Shown here: positions 1 through 8,260 of the stretch, in pieces
How positions within the stretch are numbered: position 1 is the stretch's first letter
How the letters are laid out: each line of letters starts with the position of its first letter
Source: Synechococcus sp. UW140
Lineage (GTDB): Bacteria > Pseudomonadota > Gammaproteobacteria > Burkholderiales > Burkholderiaceae_C
Length of the DNA: 64,000 nt
Direction of reading: 5' to 3'
NCBI GenBank assembly: GCA_943368755.1
Contig: CALRLO020000010.1
Span: 420 to 64,419 of the forward strand
Notes under the pieces: generated by a model
Database searches by the model: none
Seen by the model: the letters and a program-made list of their open reading frames with translations, nothing else
Told to the model about the DNA's origin: nothing
Made by a program: the position numbers and the translations under genes

Positions 1-4
1 CCAG

Positions 5-703
5 GTGAACGACCACGGCCATACATTGGGCCTCGAGGCCCTGTTGCGCTGGCGCCATCCCAAGCTGGGCGTGGTGCCGCCCGACCGCTTCATCCGCGTG
101 GCCGAGGAGACCGGCCTGATTCAGCCCATGGGCCAGTGGGTTCTGCAGCAAGCCTTGCGGCAGGTGGCCGTGTGGCGCAGCTCCGGTGTCCCCTTCGGCC
201 ACCGGGTGTCGGTGAACGTCTCGGCCTGGCAGTTCGCACGCGAGGACTTTACCGACCTGGTGCAGCAGGCACTGCAAGCCAGCGGCGTGCCCGCCAGCTG
301 CCTCACGCTCGAACTCACCGAAAGCGCCCTGCTCTACGACGTGCGTGCCGCCATCGACAAGCTCTCGCGCTTGCGTGCCCTCGGGCTGCAGATCGCACTG
401 GACGATTTCGGCACGGGCTATTCGTCACTGGCCTACCTGCGCGACCTGCCGCTGGACGAGCTCAAGATCGACAAGAGCTTCGTGCACGAGCTGGGCCGTG
501 GTCGCCAGCACCCGCTCATCGGAGCCATGGTCACCATCGGCCGTCAGATGGACCTGCGCGTAGTGGCCGAAGGTGTGGAGACCGAAGAGCAGTTCAGGGC
601 TCTGGTCGAGTTGGGCTGCAACGGCTTCCAGGGCTACTGGTTCAGCCACCCCTTGCCCGAAGCCGAGTTGCAGCCCTGGCTGCAGGCCCGCGCATCCGCA
701 TAA
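5..703 (+). CDS. EAL-domain c-di-GMP phosphodiesterase, C-terminal part (5' end lies before the window)
   Basis: LEALLRW, LDDFGTGYSSL, ELKIDKSF, AEGVET and QGY motifs all present; the frame is open to the window edge. Confidence 0.9.
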   Translation: MNDHGHTLGLEALLRWRHPKLGVVPPDRFIRVAEETGLIQPMGQWVLQQALRQVAVWRSSGVPFGHRVSVNVSAWQFAREDFTDLVQQALQASGVPASCLTLELTESALLYDVRAAIDKLSRLRALGLQIALDDFGTGYSSLAYLRDLPLDELKIDKSFVHELGRGRQHPLIGAMVTIGRQMDLRVVAEGVETEEQFRALVELGCNGFQGYWFSHPLPEAELQPWLQARASA

Positions 704-770
704 CCCCGTGCTACCCAAAGGCAGGTCGCTGTGAAAGAATCGGCGGCCTCACCCACTGTGGAGACACGAC

Positions 771-1073
771 ATGAAAAAGATCCCCGCCCTGCTGGCGCTG
801 TGTGCGCTGGGCTTGCCCGGTCTTGGCGCCCATGCCCAGGTCGCGCAGGTGAAGGTCTGGGCCGCGGCCTGCGCCAACTGCCACGGCACCGATGGCCGCG
901 CACAGCCCGGCATGGTCCCGCTCGCAGGCCGCAGCGCCGCCGATCTCACACGTGCCCTGATGGACTTCAAGGCAGGCACCCGCCCCGCGACCATCATGCA
1001 CCAGCTCTCCAAGGGCTACAGCGACGAACAGATCCAGCAGATCGCCGCGTACTTTGCGGCACAGAAACCCTGA
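771..1073 (+). CDS. fccA: Monoheme c-type cytochrome, probable cytochrome subunit of flavocytochrome c sulfide dehydrogenase
   Basis: Sec signal peptide, single CxxCH (CANCH), distal Met in TIMHQ, GGAG SD; lies directly upstream of the flavoprotein. Confidence 0.8.
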   Translation: MKKIPALLALCALGLPGLGAHAQVAQVKVWAAACANCHGTDGRAQPGMVPLAGRSAADLTRALMDFKAGTRPATIMHQLSKGYSDEQIQQIAAYFAAQKP

Positions 1074-1083
1074 GGAGCGAGCC

Positions 1084-2367
1084 ATGAAACGTCGACAACT
1101 CGTTCAAACGCTGGGCGCTGGTGCAGCACTCGGCACCCTCGGTCTCCTGGGTGGCTGCGCCACTCCCATGACGGGCGCCGGCCCGCGCGTCGTGGTCATC
1201 GGTGGCGGCTACGGTGGCGCCACCGCTGCCAAGTACCTGCGCCTGTGGTCCGAGGGCAAGGTGCAGGTCACGCTGGTCGAACCCAACGCCGCTTTCGTCT
1301 CCTGCCCCATCTCCAACCTGGTGCTGGGCGGCAGCAAGACGATGGCCGACATCACCACGCCCTACGACAACCTGGAAAAGCGCCATGGCGTGAAGATCGT
1401 GCGCGACATGGCCATCAGCATCGATGCCGACAAGCGCACCGTGAAGCTGGCTGGCGGCGCCGTGCTGCCCTACGACCGCCTGATCCTGTCACCCGGTGTG
1501 GACTTCATGTGGGAAACCCTGCCCGGCATGGCCAGCCAGGCCGCCAAGGACAAGGTGCTGCACGCCTGGAAGGCCGGCCCGCAGACCGCTGCGCTGCGCC
1601 GCCAGCTCGAAGCCATGCCCAACGGGGGCGTCTACGCCCTGTCCATCCCGCTGGCGCCCTACCGCTGCCCGCCCGGACCCTACGAGCGCGCGTGCCAGAT
1701 CGCCCACTACTTCAAGCAGGCCAAGCCCCGCTCCAAGGTGCTGATCCTCGATGCCAACGACGACGTGACCTCCAAAGGCCCACTGTTCAAGAAGGCGTGG
1801 GCGGACCGCTACGCCGGCATCATCGAGTACCGCGGCAAACACCGGGTGACGGATGTGGACGTGGCCACCAGCACCCTCAAGTTCGAGTTCGAGAACGACA
1901 TCAAGGCGGACGTGCTCAACGTGGTGCCCAACATGCGCGCTGGCGACATCGCGGCCAACGCGGGACTGGCCACGGCCAACAAGCGCTGGTGCGAGGTGGA
2001 CTTCCTGACCTTCGAGAGCAAGGCCGCGAAGAACATCCACGTGCTCGGCGATGCGATCCAGATTGCGCCAGCGATGCCCAAGTCGGGACACATGGCCAAC
2101 CAGCATGGCAAGACCTGCGCCGCCGCCGTGCTCGCGCTGCTGACGGGGCAGGAGCCGCTTCAGCAGCCGCTGTACGCCAACACCTGCTACAGCTTCGTGT
2201 CCGACAAGGAAGTGGTGCACGTGGCCAGCGTGCACCGCTACGACCCGGCACAGAAGACCATGGTCACGGTGGCAGGCTCGGGTGGCGTGTCGGGCGCCGC
2301 GAGCGAACTGGAAGGCGCCTACGCGATGGGCTGGGCCAACAACATCTGGGCCGACATGCTGGGGTGA
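1084..2367 (+). CDS. fccB: Flavocytochrome c sulfide dehydrogenase flavoprotein subunit (FccB/SoxF family)
   Basis: Twin-Arg leader (KRRQLV), GGGYGG FAD motif, SCPISN, YRCPPGPYERA and NTCYS cysteine motifs, C-terminal WANNIWADML. Confidence 0.88.
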   Translation: MKRRQLVQTLGAGAALGTLGLLGGCATPMTGAGPRVVVIGGGYGGATAAKYLRLWSEGKVQVTLVEPNAAFVSCPISNLVLGGSKTMADITTPYDNLEKRHGVKIVRDMAISIDADKRTVKLAGGAVLPYDRLILSPGVDFMWETLPGMASQAAKDKVLHAWKAGPQTAALRRQLEAMPNGGVYALSIPLAPYRCPPGPYERACQIAHYFKQAKPRSKVLILDANDDVTSKGPLFKKAWADRYAGIIEYRGKHRVTDVDVATSTLKFEFENDIKADVLNVVPNMRAGDIAANAGLATANKRWCEVDFLTFESKAAKNIHVLGDAIQIAPAMPKSGHMANQHGKTCAAAVLALLTGQEPLQQPLYANTCYSFVSDKEVVHVASVHRYDPAQKTMVTVAGSGGVSGAASELEGAYAMGWANNIWADMLG

Positions 2368-2370
2368 CTC

Positions 2371-2451
2371 CCCGCGCCGCGCCTGGCGGCGCGTCACCCC
2401 CCAAGGGGGGCAACGCGAGCGGACCGGCAGAGCCGGCTCCGCCGCGTTCCC
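2371..2451. repeat. Intergenic three-hairpin repeat (REP/MITE-like), copy 1
   Basis: cgcgccgc/gcggcgcg, cccccc/gggggg and aacgcg-a-gcgga-ccggc/gccgg-c-tccgc-cgcgtt stems; aligns end to end with 14040-14119. Confidence 0.8.
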
Positions 2452-2454
2452 GGT

Positions 2455-3747
2455 TCAGGTAACGACCGTGACGCTTGGGGTGATACGCACCTGCTCGATG
2501 CGGCGGCCGTCGAGCTCTTTCACCTCGAAGCACCAGCCCACCACCTCCACCCGCTCGCCCACGTCCAGAAGGTCGCCGGCCACCGTCTGCATGAGGCCAG
2601 CCACGGTGTTGTAGCGACCCTTGTCCTCGTCGGGCAGCTCCTTGATCTCCAGCCGGGCCTTCAGCTCGGTCACCGGCATGGCGCCGTCCACGCTCCAGCT
2701 GCCATCGTCCTGGCGCGTGGCCCAGGCGTCCACCGGCATCTGCGGCGACAGCTCGCCGGTGATGGCCTCGAGCATGTCCAGGGGCGTCAGGATGCCCTGC
2801 ACCACGCCATATTCATCCACCACGAACACCATGCGCGTGGCCCGCTCGCGGAACTGCTCCAGCAGCTCCATGCCGCTCAGCGTCTCGGGCACGAACACGG
2901 CCGGCTCGGCAAACACCTGCAGGCCACCCTCCTGCCCCTCGGACTGAAGCGTCAGCAGGCGCGGCAGGTGCACCACGCCCACCACCTCGTCCAGGCCGCC
3001 CCGGCACACCGGGTACCAGGAGTGGCCACCCGCCACCGCGCGGCGCACCGCCTCGTCCACCGGCTCGTCGGCATCCAGCCAGGCCACGTCGGAGCGCGGC
3101 ACCATGATGGAGGTCAGTTGCCGGTCGTCGAGCTGGAACACATTGCGCACCATCTGGTGTTCGTGTGCCTCGATGATGCCGGCGTCCACACCCTCTTCCA
3201 GGCTGGCGTTGATTTCCTCTTCGGTCACCTGCTGGTTGTCACCGCCCTTGAAAGGCAGCATCCTGAGCACCGCCTGGGTGGTGATGGCCAGCAGGCTCAC
3301 AAACGGCCGGGCGATGCGCGCCACCCACGCCATGGGCCGCGAGACCCAACGCGACACCTGCTCCGGGTACATCTGGCCGATGCGCTTGGGCACCAGCTCG
3401 CCGAACACGATGGTGACAAAGGTGATGACCACCACCACGATCGCAGTGGCCGTGATGTCGGCCGACCCTTCGGGCAGCCCCCATACGATCAGACGCTCGG
3501 CCAGGGGGCCGCTGAAGGCAGCCTCGCCCACGATGCCATTGAGCATGCCGATGGAGGTGATGCCGACCTGGATGGACGACAGGAACTGGGTCGGGTTCTC
3601 AAGCAGCTGCAGCGCGGTCTGCGCGCCCTTGTCGCCCGATTCGGCCAGGGCCAGCAGGCGGGCCTTGCGGCTCGAAGCCAGGGCCAGCTCCGACATGGCG
3701 AAGGCCCCGTTGAGCACCGTCAGGAAGACGATCAGGAGGATGTCCAT
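2455..3747 (-). CDS. HlyC/CorC family (CNNM) membrane protein with CBS pair and CorC_HlyC domain
   Basis: LNGAFAMSELAL, QVGIT, GELVPK, HSWYPV, VVDEYG and C-terminal YNTVAGL motifs. Confidence 0.92.
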   Translation of the reverse strand: MDILLIVFLTVLNGAFAMSELALASSRKARLLALAESGDKGAQTALQLLENPTQFLSSIQVGITSIGMLNGIVGEAAFSGPLAERLIVWGLPEGSADITATAIVVVVITFVTIVFGELVPKRIGQMYPEQVSRWVSRPMAWVARIARPFVSLLAITTQAVLRMLPFKGGDNQQVTEEEINASLEEGVDAGIIEAHEHQMVRNVFQLDDRQLTSIMVPRSDVAWLDADEPVDEAVRRAVAGGHSWYPVCRGGLDEVVGVVHLPRLLTLQSEGQEGGLQVFAEPAVFVPETLSGMELLEQFRERATRMVFVVDEYGVVQGILTPLDMLEAITGELSPQMPVDAWATRQDDGSWSVDGAMPVTELKARLEIKELPDEDKGRYNTVAGLMQTVAGDLLDVGERVEVVGWCFEVKELDGRRIEQVRITPSVTVVT

Positions 3748-3756
3748 AATTTGCGG

Positions 3757-4584
3757 ATGTCAATGTACCTGATTGGAGATGTGCAGGGCTGTGACGCCGC
3801 GCTGGGGCGGCTGCTCTCGCACATCGGTTTTTCGCCCAGCCGCGACCGTTTCGTCGTGCTGGGGGATCTCGTGAACCGCGGACCGGACTCGTTGGCCGTG
3901 CTGCGCCGGCTGCGCGCGCTGGAGGGCTCGGCCGAGGCGCTGCTGGGCAACCACGATTTGCACCTGCTGGCCCTGGCGCACGGCATACGCCCCGCGCACC
4001 GGCACGACACTCTGGCGCCGCTGCTGGCAGCCCCCGACCGCGACGCGCTGCTGCAGTGGCTGACACAGCGTCCGCTGGCGCTGCTGCGCGAGGGCTGGCT
4101 GCTGGTGCACGCAGGGGTGTTGCCACAGTGGGAGGTGGACCACGTGCTCGCACTGGCCACCGAGGTGCAGACCGCACTGCGTGCGGACCCGCAGGCATTT
4201 CTCGCACGCATGTACGGCAACCAGCCTGACCGCTGGAGCGACGACCTGCAGGGGCCGGACCGCTGGCGTGTGGTCGTCAACGCGCTGACACGCCTGCGTT
4301 TCTGCAGCGCTGACGGGGTGATGGAGTTCGACACGAAGGACGGCACGGGCGCCGCGCCACCGGGCTTCATGCCGTGGTTCGATGTGCCCGGGCGACGCAG
4401 CGCGGGCACGCGCGTGGCATTCGGGCACTGGTCCACGTTGGGCCTTGTACGACGCCCCGACCTGCTGGCGCTGGACACGGGCTGCGTCTGGGGCGGTTGC
4501 CTGAGCGCGGCGCGCCTGGACGCCGACGGTGAGGTGGCTGAGGTGCTGAAGGTCGAATGTCCTCAGGAACAGGTACCGGGCTGA
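3757..4584 (+). CDS. apaH: Symmetrical bis(5'-nucleosyl)-tetraphosphatase (Ap4A hydrolase)
   Basis: IGDVQGC, GDLVNRGP, LGNHD, VHAG, FGHWS, LDTGCVWG; start at ATG 3757 or 3763. Confidence 0.93.
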   Translation: MSMYLIGDVQGCDAALGRLLSHIGFSPSRDRFVVLGDLVNRGPDSLAVLRRLRALEGSAEALLGNHDLHLLALAHGIRPAHRHDTLAPLLAAPDRDALLQWLTQRPLALLREGWLLVHAGVLPQWEVDHVLALATEVQTALRADPQAFLARMYGNQPDRWSDDLQGPDRWRVVVNALTRLRFCSADGVMEFDTKDGTGAAPPGFMPWFDVPGRRSAGTRVAFGHWSTLGLVRRPDLLALDTGCVWGGCLSAARLDADGEVAEVLKVECPQEQVPG

Positions 4585-4611
4585 CCACCGGGCTGGCGGC
4601 ACGCGGCCGGC

Positions 4612-6024
4612 TCAGCCCACCGCCTTGAACAGCGCTGCGACCTTCTTCTTGGTCTTGATGTTGGGCGACAGGCCGGTGCGCTGCGGCTTGTCAGTCCCCT
4701 CCCACGCGGGCTTGGCATCGGTGTCCAGGCTGGGTTCGTAGGGCTTGTCAAAAAACGGGTCAGCCGGCGCACGCGCGGGCCGCGGCACACGCGCAGGACG
4801 CGGCGCCTCGTCGCGCGAACCAGAGGCAGCAGCGTCCTTCCAGGCACGCTGCCCATCGTTGAAGCGGCTGCCACGCGGCGGGGCTTCAGGCTCCACGGCG
4901 ACGAACTCGGCCTTCTTGCCGATCAGCTTCTCGATGTCGGTCAGCAGGCGGGTGTCACGCCCGGTGACAAAGGACATCGCCAGGCCCGAGGCACCGGCGC
5001 GCCCGGTGCGGCCGATGCGGTGCACGTAATCCTCGGCGTTGAACGGCAGGTCGAAGTTGAACACCGCCGGCACGTCCTTGATATCCAGGCCGCGTGCGGC
5101 CACATCGGTACAGACCAGCAGATCGACCTGCCCCTGCTTGAAGGCCTCGAGGGCCTTCAGGCGCTCGTCCTGGCTCTTGTCGCCGTGCAAGGCCGTGGCG
5201 TTCAGGCCATCGCGCTCCAGCGAACGGGCCAGGCGGGCACAACCCAGCTTGCTGTTCACGAACACGAAAGCCTGCTTGACGCCGCGCTCGCGCAGCAGCT
5301 GGCGCAGCACGGCGCGCTTGTCGTCGTCTTCGACGCGGTAGAAGCACTGCTCCACCGTCGCAGCGGTGGCATTGGAGCGCACAACCTCGATGGTCACCGG
5401 ATCCTGCAGGTAGCTGGAGGCCAGGCGCTTGATCTCGGGCGAGAACGTGGCACTGAACAGCAGCGTGGTGCGCTGCTTGGGCAGGTAGCTCAGGATGCGC
5501 TGCAGGTCGGGCAAAAAGCCGATGTCCAGCATGCGGTCGGCCTCGTCAAGCACAACGTACTCGACCTGGTTGAGCACGCAGTTCTTGGCTTCGATGTGGT
5601 CCAGCAGGCGCCCAGGCGTGGCCACCAGCACTTCCACGCCCTTTTTCAGCTCCAGGGTCTGGGGCTTCATGTCCATGCCGCCAAACACCACCGTGCTGCG
5701 CAGCTGGGTGTGTTTGGCGTAGAGCTTGATCTGTTCGGCCACCTGGTCGGCCAGTTCGCGCGTGGGCAGCAGCACCAGCGCACGCACCGGGTGTCGCGCT
5801 GGCGAGGTGGAAGCGTTCTCGTGCTTGAGCAGGCGCTGCAGCAGCGGCAGCGAAAAGGCAGCCGTCTTGCCGGTACCGGTCTGGGCAGCACCCATCACGT
5901 CACGGCCTTCCAGCACCACGGGAATCGCCTGCGCCTGAATGGGCGTCATGCTCTCGTAGCCCATGTCGGCCACGGCACGCGCCAGCGTGGGCGCGAGGTT
6001 CAGTTGGGAAAAAGCGTTCGTCAT
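4612..6024 (-). CDS. rhlE: DEAD-box RNA helicase, RhlE-like
   Basis: Q motif TPIQ, AQTGTGKT, PTRELA, DEAD, SAT, HRIGRTGR; start set at MTNAF (6024). Confidence 0.88.
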   Translation of the reverse strand: MTNAFSQLNLAPTLARAVADMGYESMTPIQAQAIPVVLEGRDVMGAAQTGTGKTAAFSLPLLQRLLKHENASTSPARHPVRALVLLPTRELADQVAEQIKLYAKHTQLRSTVVFGGMDMKPQTLELKKGVEVLVATPGRLLDHIEAKNCVLNQVEYVVLDEADRMLDIGFLPDLQRILSYLPKQRTTLLFSATFSPEIKRLASSYLQDPVTIEVVRSNATAATVEQCFYRVEDDDKRAVLRQLLRERGVKQAFVFVNSKLGCARLARSLERDGLNATALHGDKSQDERLKALEAFKQGQVDLLVCTDVAARGLDIKDVPAVFNFDLPFNAEDYVHRIGRTGRAGASGLAMSFVTGRDTRLLTDIEKLIGKKAEFVAVEPEAPPRGSRFNDGQRAWKDAAASGSRDEAPRPARVPRPARAPADPFFDKPYEPSLDTDAKPAWEGTDKPQRTGLSPNIKTKKKVAALFKAVG

Positions 6025-6076
6025 TACGACGCGTATTGTCTCACTTTGAGCGCAAGGCCTTGTTTTTGCTTGGCTT

Positions 6077-7180
6077 TCAGACAAGGGCAGGCGCGGGCTC
6101 GCTCGTGGGATGGCCCCGGAAATCGGTCCAGCAGCGCCGGGTGAAGTCGTAGAGCTTGCAGCGGCGGGCGGTGTCAAAGTACCAGCGCCAGGAAAAATCC
6201 TGGACCACGATACGCCCGGGCAAGGCTTCCTCCAGCAGCTGCTGGGCCTTTTTCAACCGGTAAAGCGGGATGCCCATGTCCAGGTGGTGGGCGGTGTGCT
6301 CCATGATGTGGTGCATCCAGCCGCCCCAGCGCCAGGGAAAGCGCAGGTGCACCGTGGTGGAGACAAAAGGTGCGGCGCGCGCCCAGGCCACCTTGTCGTC
6401 ATGCCACTGCACGCGGGTGTGGGTGTGGTGCACATAAACCACGAAGCCGATCATGGCGTTCCAGAACAGGAAGGGCAGCACAAAACCCGCACCCACCAGC
6501 AGCCCTGCCGATTGCCCCGTGGCCCGGGCGGCAGCCAGCAGCCCCGCAATCCACAGCGCGGCGGTGGCAACCACGAACAGGCCATCCCACACAAAAACCG
6601 GCCGGCGCGAGCCCATGTAAGTCTTGCGGGGAAACAGCATGCGCAACCACCACATCTCGATCAGGTAGTACAGCGCCGGTCCCCAGCCGCTGCGGTAGGT
6701 GCGCTCCAGCGCACGGCGCCAGGCCGGCAGCGCCTGGTACTCGGCCCGGGTCAGTGGCGCCCAGACAAAATCCACGCCCTTGAGGTTGGTGTAGCCGTGA
6801 TGCACCACGTTGTGGCCCACCTCCCACAGGCTGTAGGGCGTGAGCGAAGGTGCCAGCGCGATGCGTCCCAGGATGCGGTTGAGCCGGCGGTGGGGCGTGT
6901 AGCTCTGGTGGCAGGCGTCGTGGCCGATGATGAACAGCCGACCGATCAGGAAGCCTGCCGCCAGGCCGCAGAGCAGCTTGGCCCAGACGGCATCAAGCCC
7001 CACGACTCCGGCCATCAGGGCTGCAAACAGGGCGAGGTCGGCAACCAGCAGGGCCACGGCCAGCGCGGTGCGTGGCTCGACGATGGGGGCCAGCCACCCA
7101 CGCATCACCTTGCGGTGTGGCAACGGTTGCTGGGGAGGGACCGGGCATTCCGGGGGCAGGTGACGGGGCGTTTCAGACAT
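6077..7180 (-). CDS. Membrane fatty acid desaturase family protein
   Basis: Histidine boxes HDACH, HNVVHH and EHTAHH, with hydrophobic segments; substrate not determinable from sequence. Confidence 0.88.
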   Translation of the reverse strand: MSETPRHLPPECPVPPQQPLPHRKVMRGWLAPIVEPRTALAVALLVADLALFAALMAGVVGLDAVWAKLLCGLAAGFLIGRLFIIGHDACHQSYTPHRRLNRILGRIALAPSLTPYSLWEVGHNVVHHGYTNLKGVDFVWAPLTRAEYQALPAWRRALERTYRSGWGPALYYLIEMWWLRMLFPRKTYMGSRRPVFVWDGLFVVATAALWIAGLLAAARATGQSAGLLVGAGFVLPFLFWNAMIGFVVYVHHTHTRVQWHDDKVAWARAAPFVSTTVHLRFPWRWGGWMHHIMEHTAHHLDMGIPLYRLKKAQQLLEEALPGRIVVQDFSWRWYFDTARRCKLYDFTRRCWTDFRGHPTSEPAPALV

Positions 7181-7306
7181 GCCCGGCATGCTAGCCAGCC
7201 CCTCCGTCCGTCCGCTTGACCTGGGTCAAAATCCCGATCTGTGGCAAAACGGCTACAATAGCGGGCTTTGCTGGCAACATCCACAAACTCGTAAAGGATC
7301 ACTCAC

Positions 7307-7609
7307 ATGGCAACCGCCAAGCCCAAGAAAAAGAACCCCCGTCTGGCATCCGGCCGCAAACGCGCCCGCCAGGACGTCAAACTGAACGCCGCGAACACCT
7401 CGCTGCGCTCCAAATACCGCACCGCCGTCAAGAACGTCGAGAAGGCCGTTCTGGCCGGCGACAAGACCAAGGCCACCGAACTGTTTGCCAAGATGCAAGG
7501 CGTGGTGGACACCATCGCCGACAAGGGCATCTTCCACAAGAACAAGGCCGCTCGCGACAAGAGCCGCCTGTCCGCCAAGGTGAAAGCCCTGGCCCAAGCC
7601 GCCGCCTGA
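7307..7609 (+). CDS. rpsT: 30S ribosomal protein S20
   Basis: ASGRKRARQ...N...RS..RTAVK...[14 protein letters not shown]. Confidence 0.97.
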   Translation: MATAKPKKKNPRLASGRKRARQDVKLNAANTSLRSKYRTAVKNVEKAVLAGDKTKATELFAKMQGVVDTIADKGIFHKNKAARDKSRLSAKVKALAQAAA

Positions 7610-7679
7610 AGGCCACCTCAGGTACAGCCCGGAGCGCTACGCCGCTCCGCCGTTTGAAACGGTGCGCTGCCAGCAAAGC

Positions 7680-7706
7680 AAAAAGCCGTCGCAAGACGGC
7701 TTTTTT
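7680..7706. terminator. Bidirectional intrinsic terminator between rpsT and the DUF3579 gene
   Basis: aaaaagccgtc-gcaa-gacggcttttt. Confidence 0.85.
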
Positions 7707-7721
7707 GTTGCCTGTCGCCTT

Positions 7722-8042
7722 TCAGCCCTTGGGTTTTTCGTCGGGCATCAGGCAGGCTTCGACCACCTGCAGTTCGTTGTCGCGCGCGAAGTTCATGCAG
7801 AAGTCCCAGGCCATGGGCTCGGCCTCGCGCAGATCGGTATGGACCACCACACACTTCACGCCGCCCAGCGTGGTGGGAATGCACCAGGGGGAATAGCTCA
7901 GGTGGCTGCCCGGGTGAGCGCCGCCGGGGCGAAAACCGCTCATGACACCCGCCAGTCGCTCGGCCCAGTCGCTGGGCCGGAAGGTCTTGCCGTTGAGCGT
8001 GACGCCCTGGATGAAGACTTCTTTGGCGGAGGAAGTGACCAT
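7722..8042 (-). CDS. DUF3579 family protein
   Basis: IQGVT..GKTFRPSDWAERL...FARDNELQV signature; start set at MVTSS. Confidence 0.8.
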   Translation of the reverse strand: MVTSSAKEVFIQGVTLNGKTFRPSDWAERLAGVMSGFRPGGAHPGSHLSYSPWCIPTTLGGVKCVVVHTDLREAEPMAWDFCMNFARDNELQVVEACLMPDEKPKG

Positions 8043-8122
8043 GGGGTGGCGGCCAGACGAGGTTTTGGGAGAACCGCTAGTGTGCCGGGATCGCCGGCTG
8101 TTGCGGTGCAGCAAGTATTCTA

Positions 8123-8134
8123 TCTTATATAAGA
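8123..8134. promoter_or_regulatory. Perfect palindrome TCTTATATAAGA, candidate transcription-factor operator
   Basis: 12-bp AT-rich perfect dyad in the divergent DUF3579/argD intergenic region. Confidence 0.6.
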
Positions 8135-8260
8135 CTTAGGCATGGCTGCAGGCATTGCAGTGATGCCGAATTGTCATCCAGACCGCAAGGGGCGTGGTTC
8201 TAGAATGTCACTTCAACGGCCCCACTCTCGTTGGGCCGCTTTCTTTTGTCGGAGACCTGA

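Noticed and set aside
2968-3756. 538-aa ORF suggesting an N-terminally extended ApaH
   Set aside because: The extension lies antisense to the corC-like gene; ApaH homology begins at MSMYLIGD
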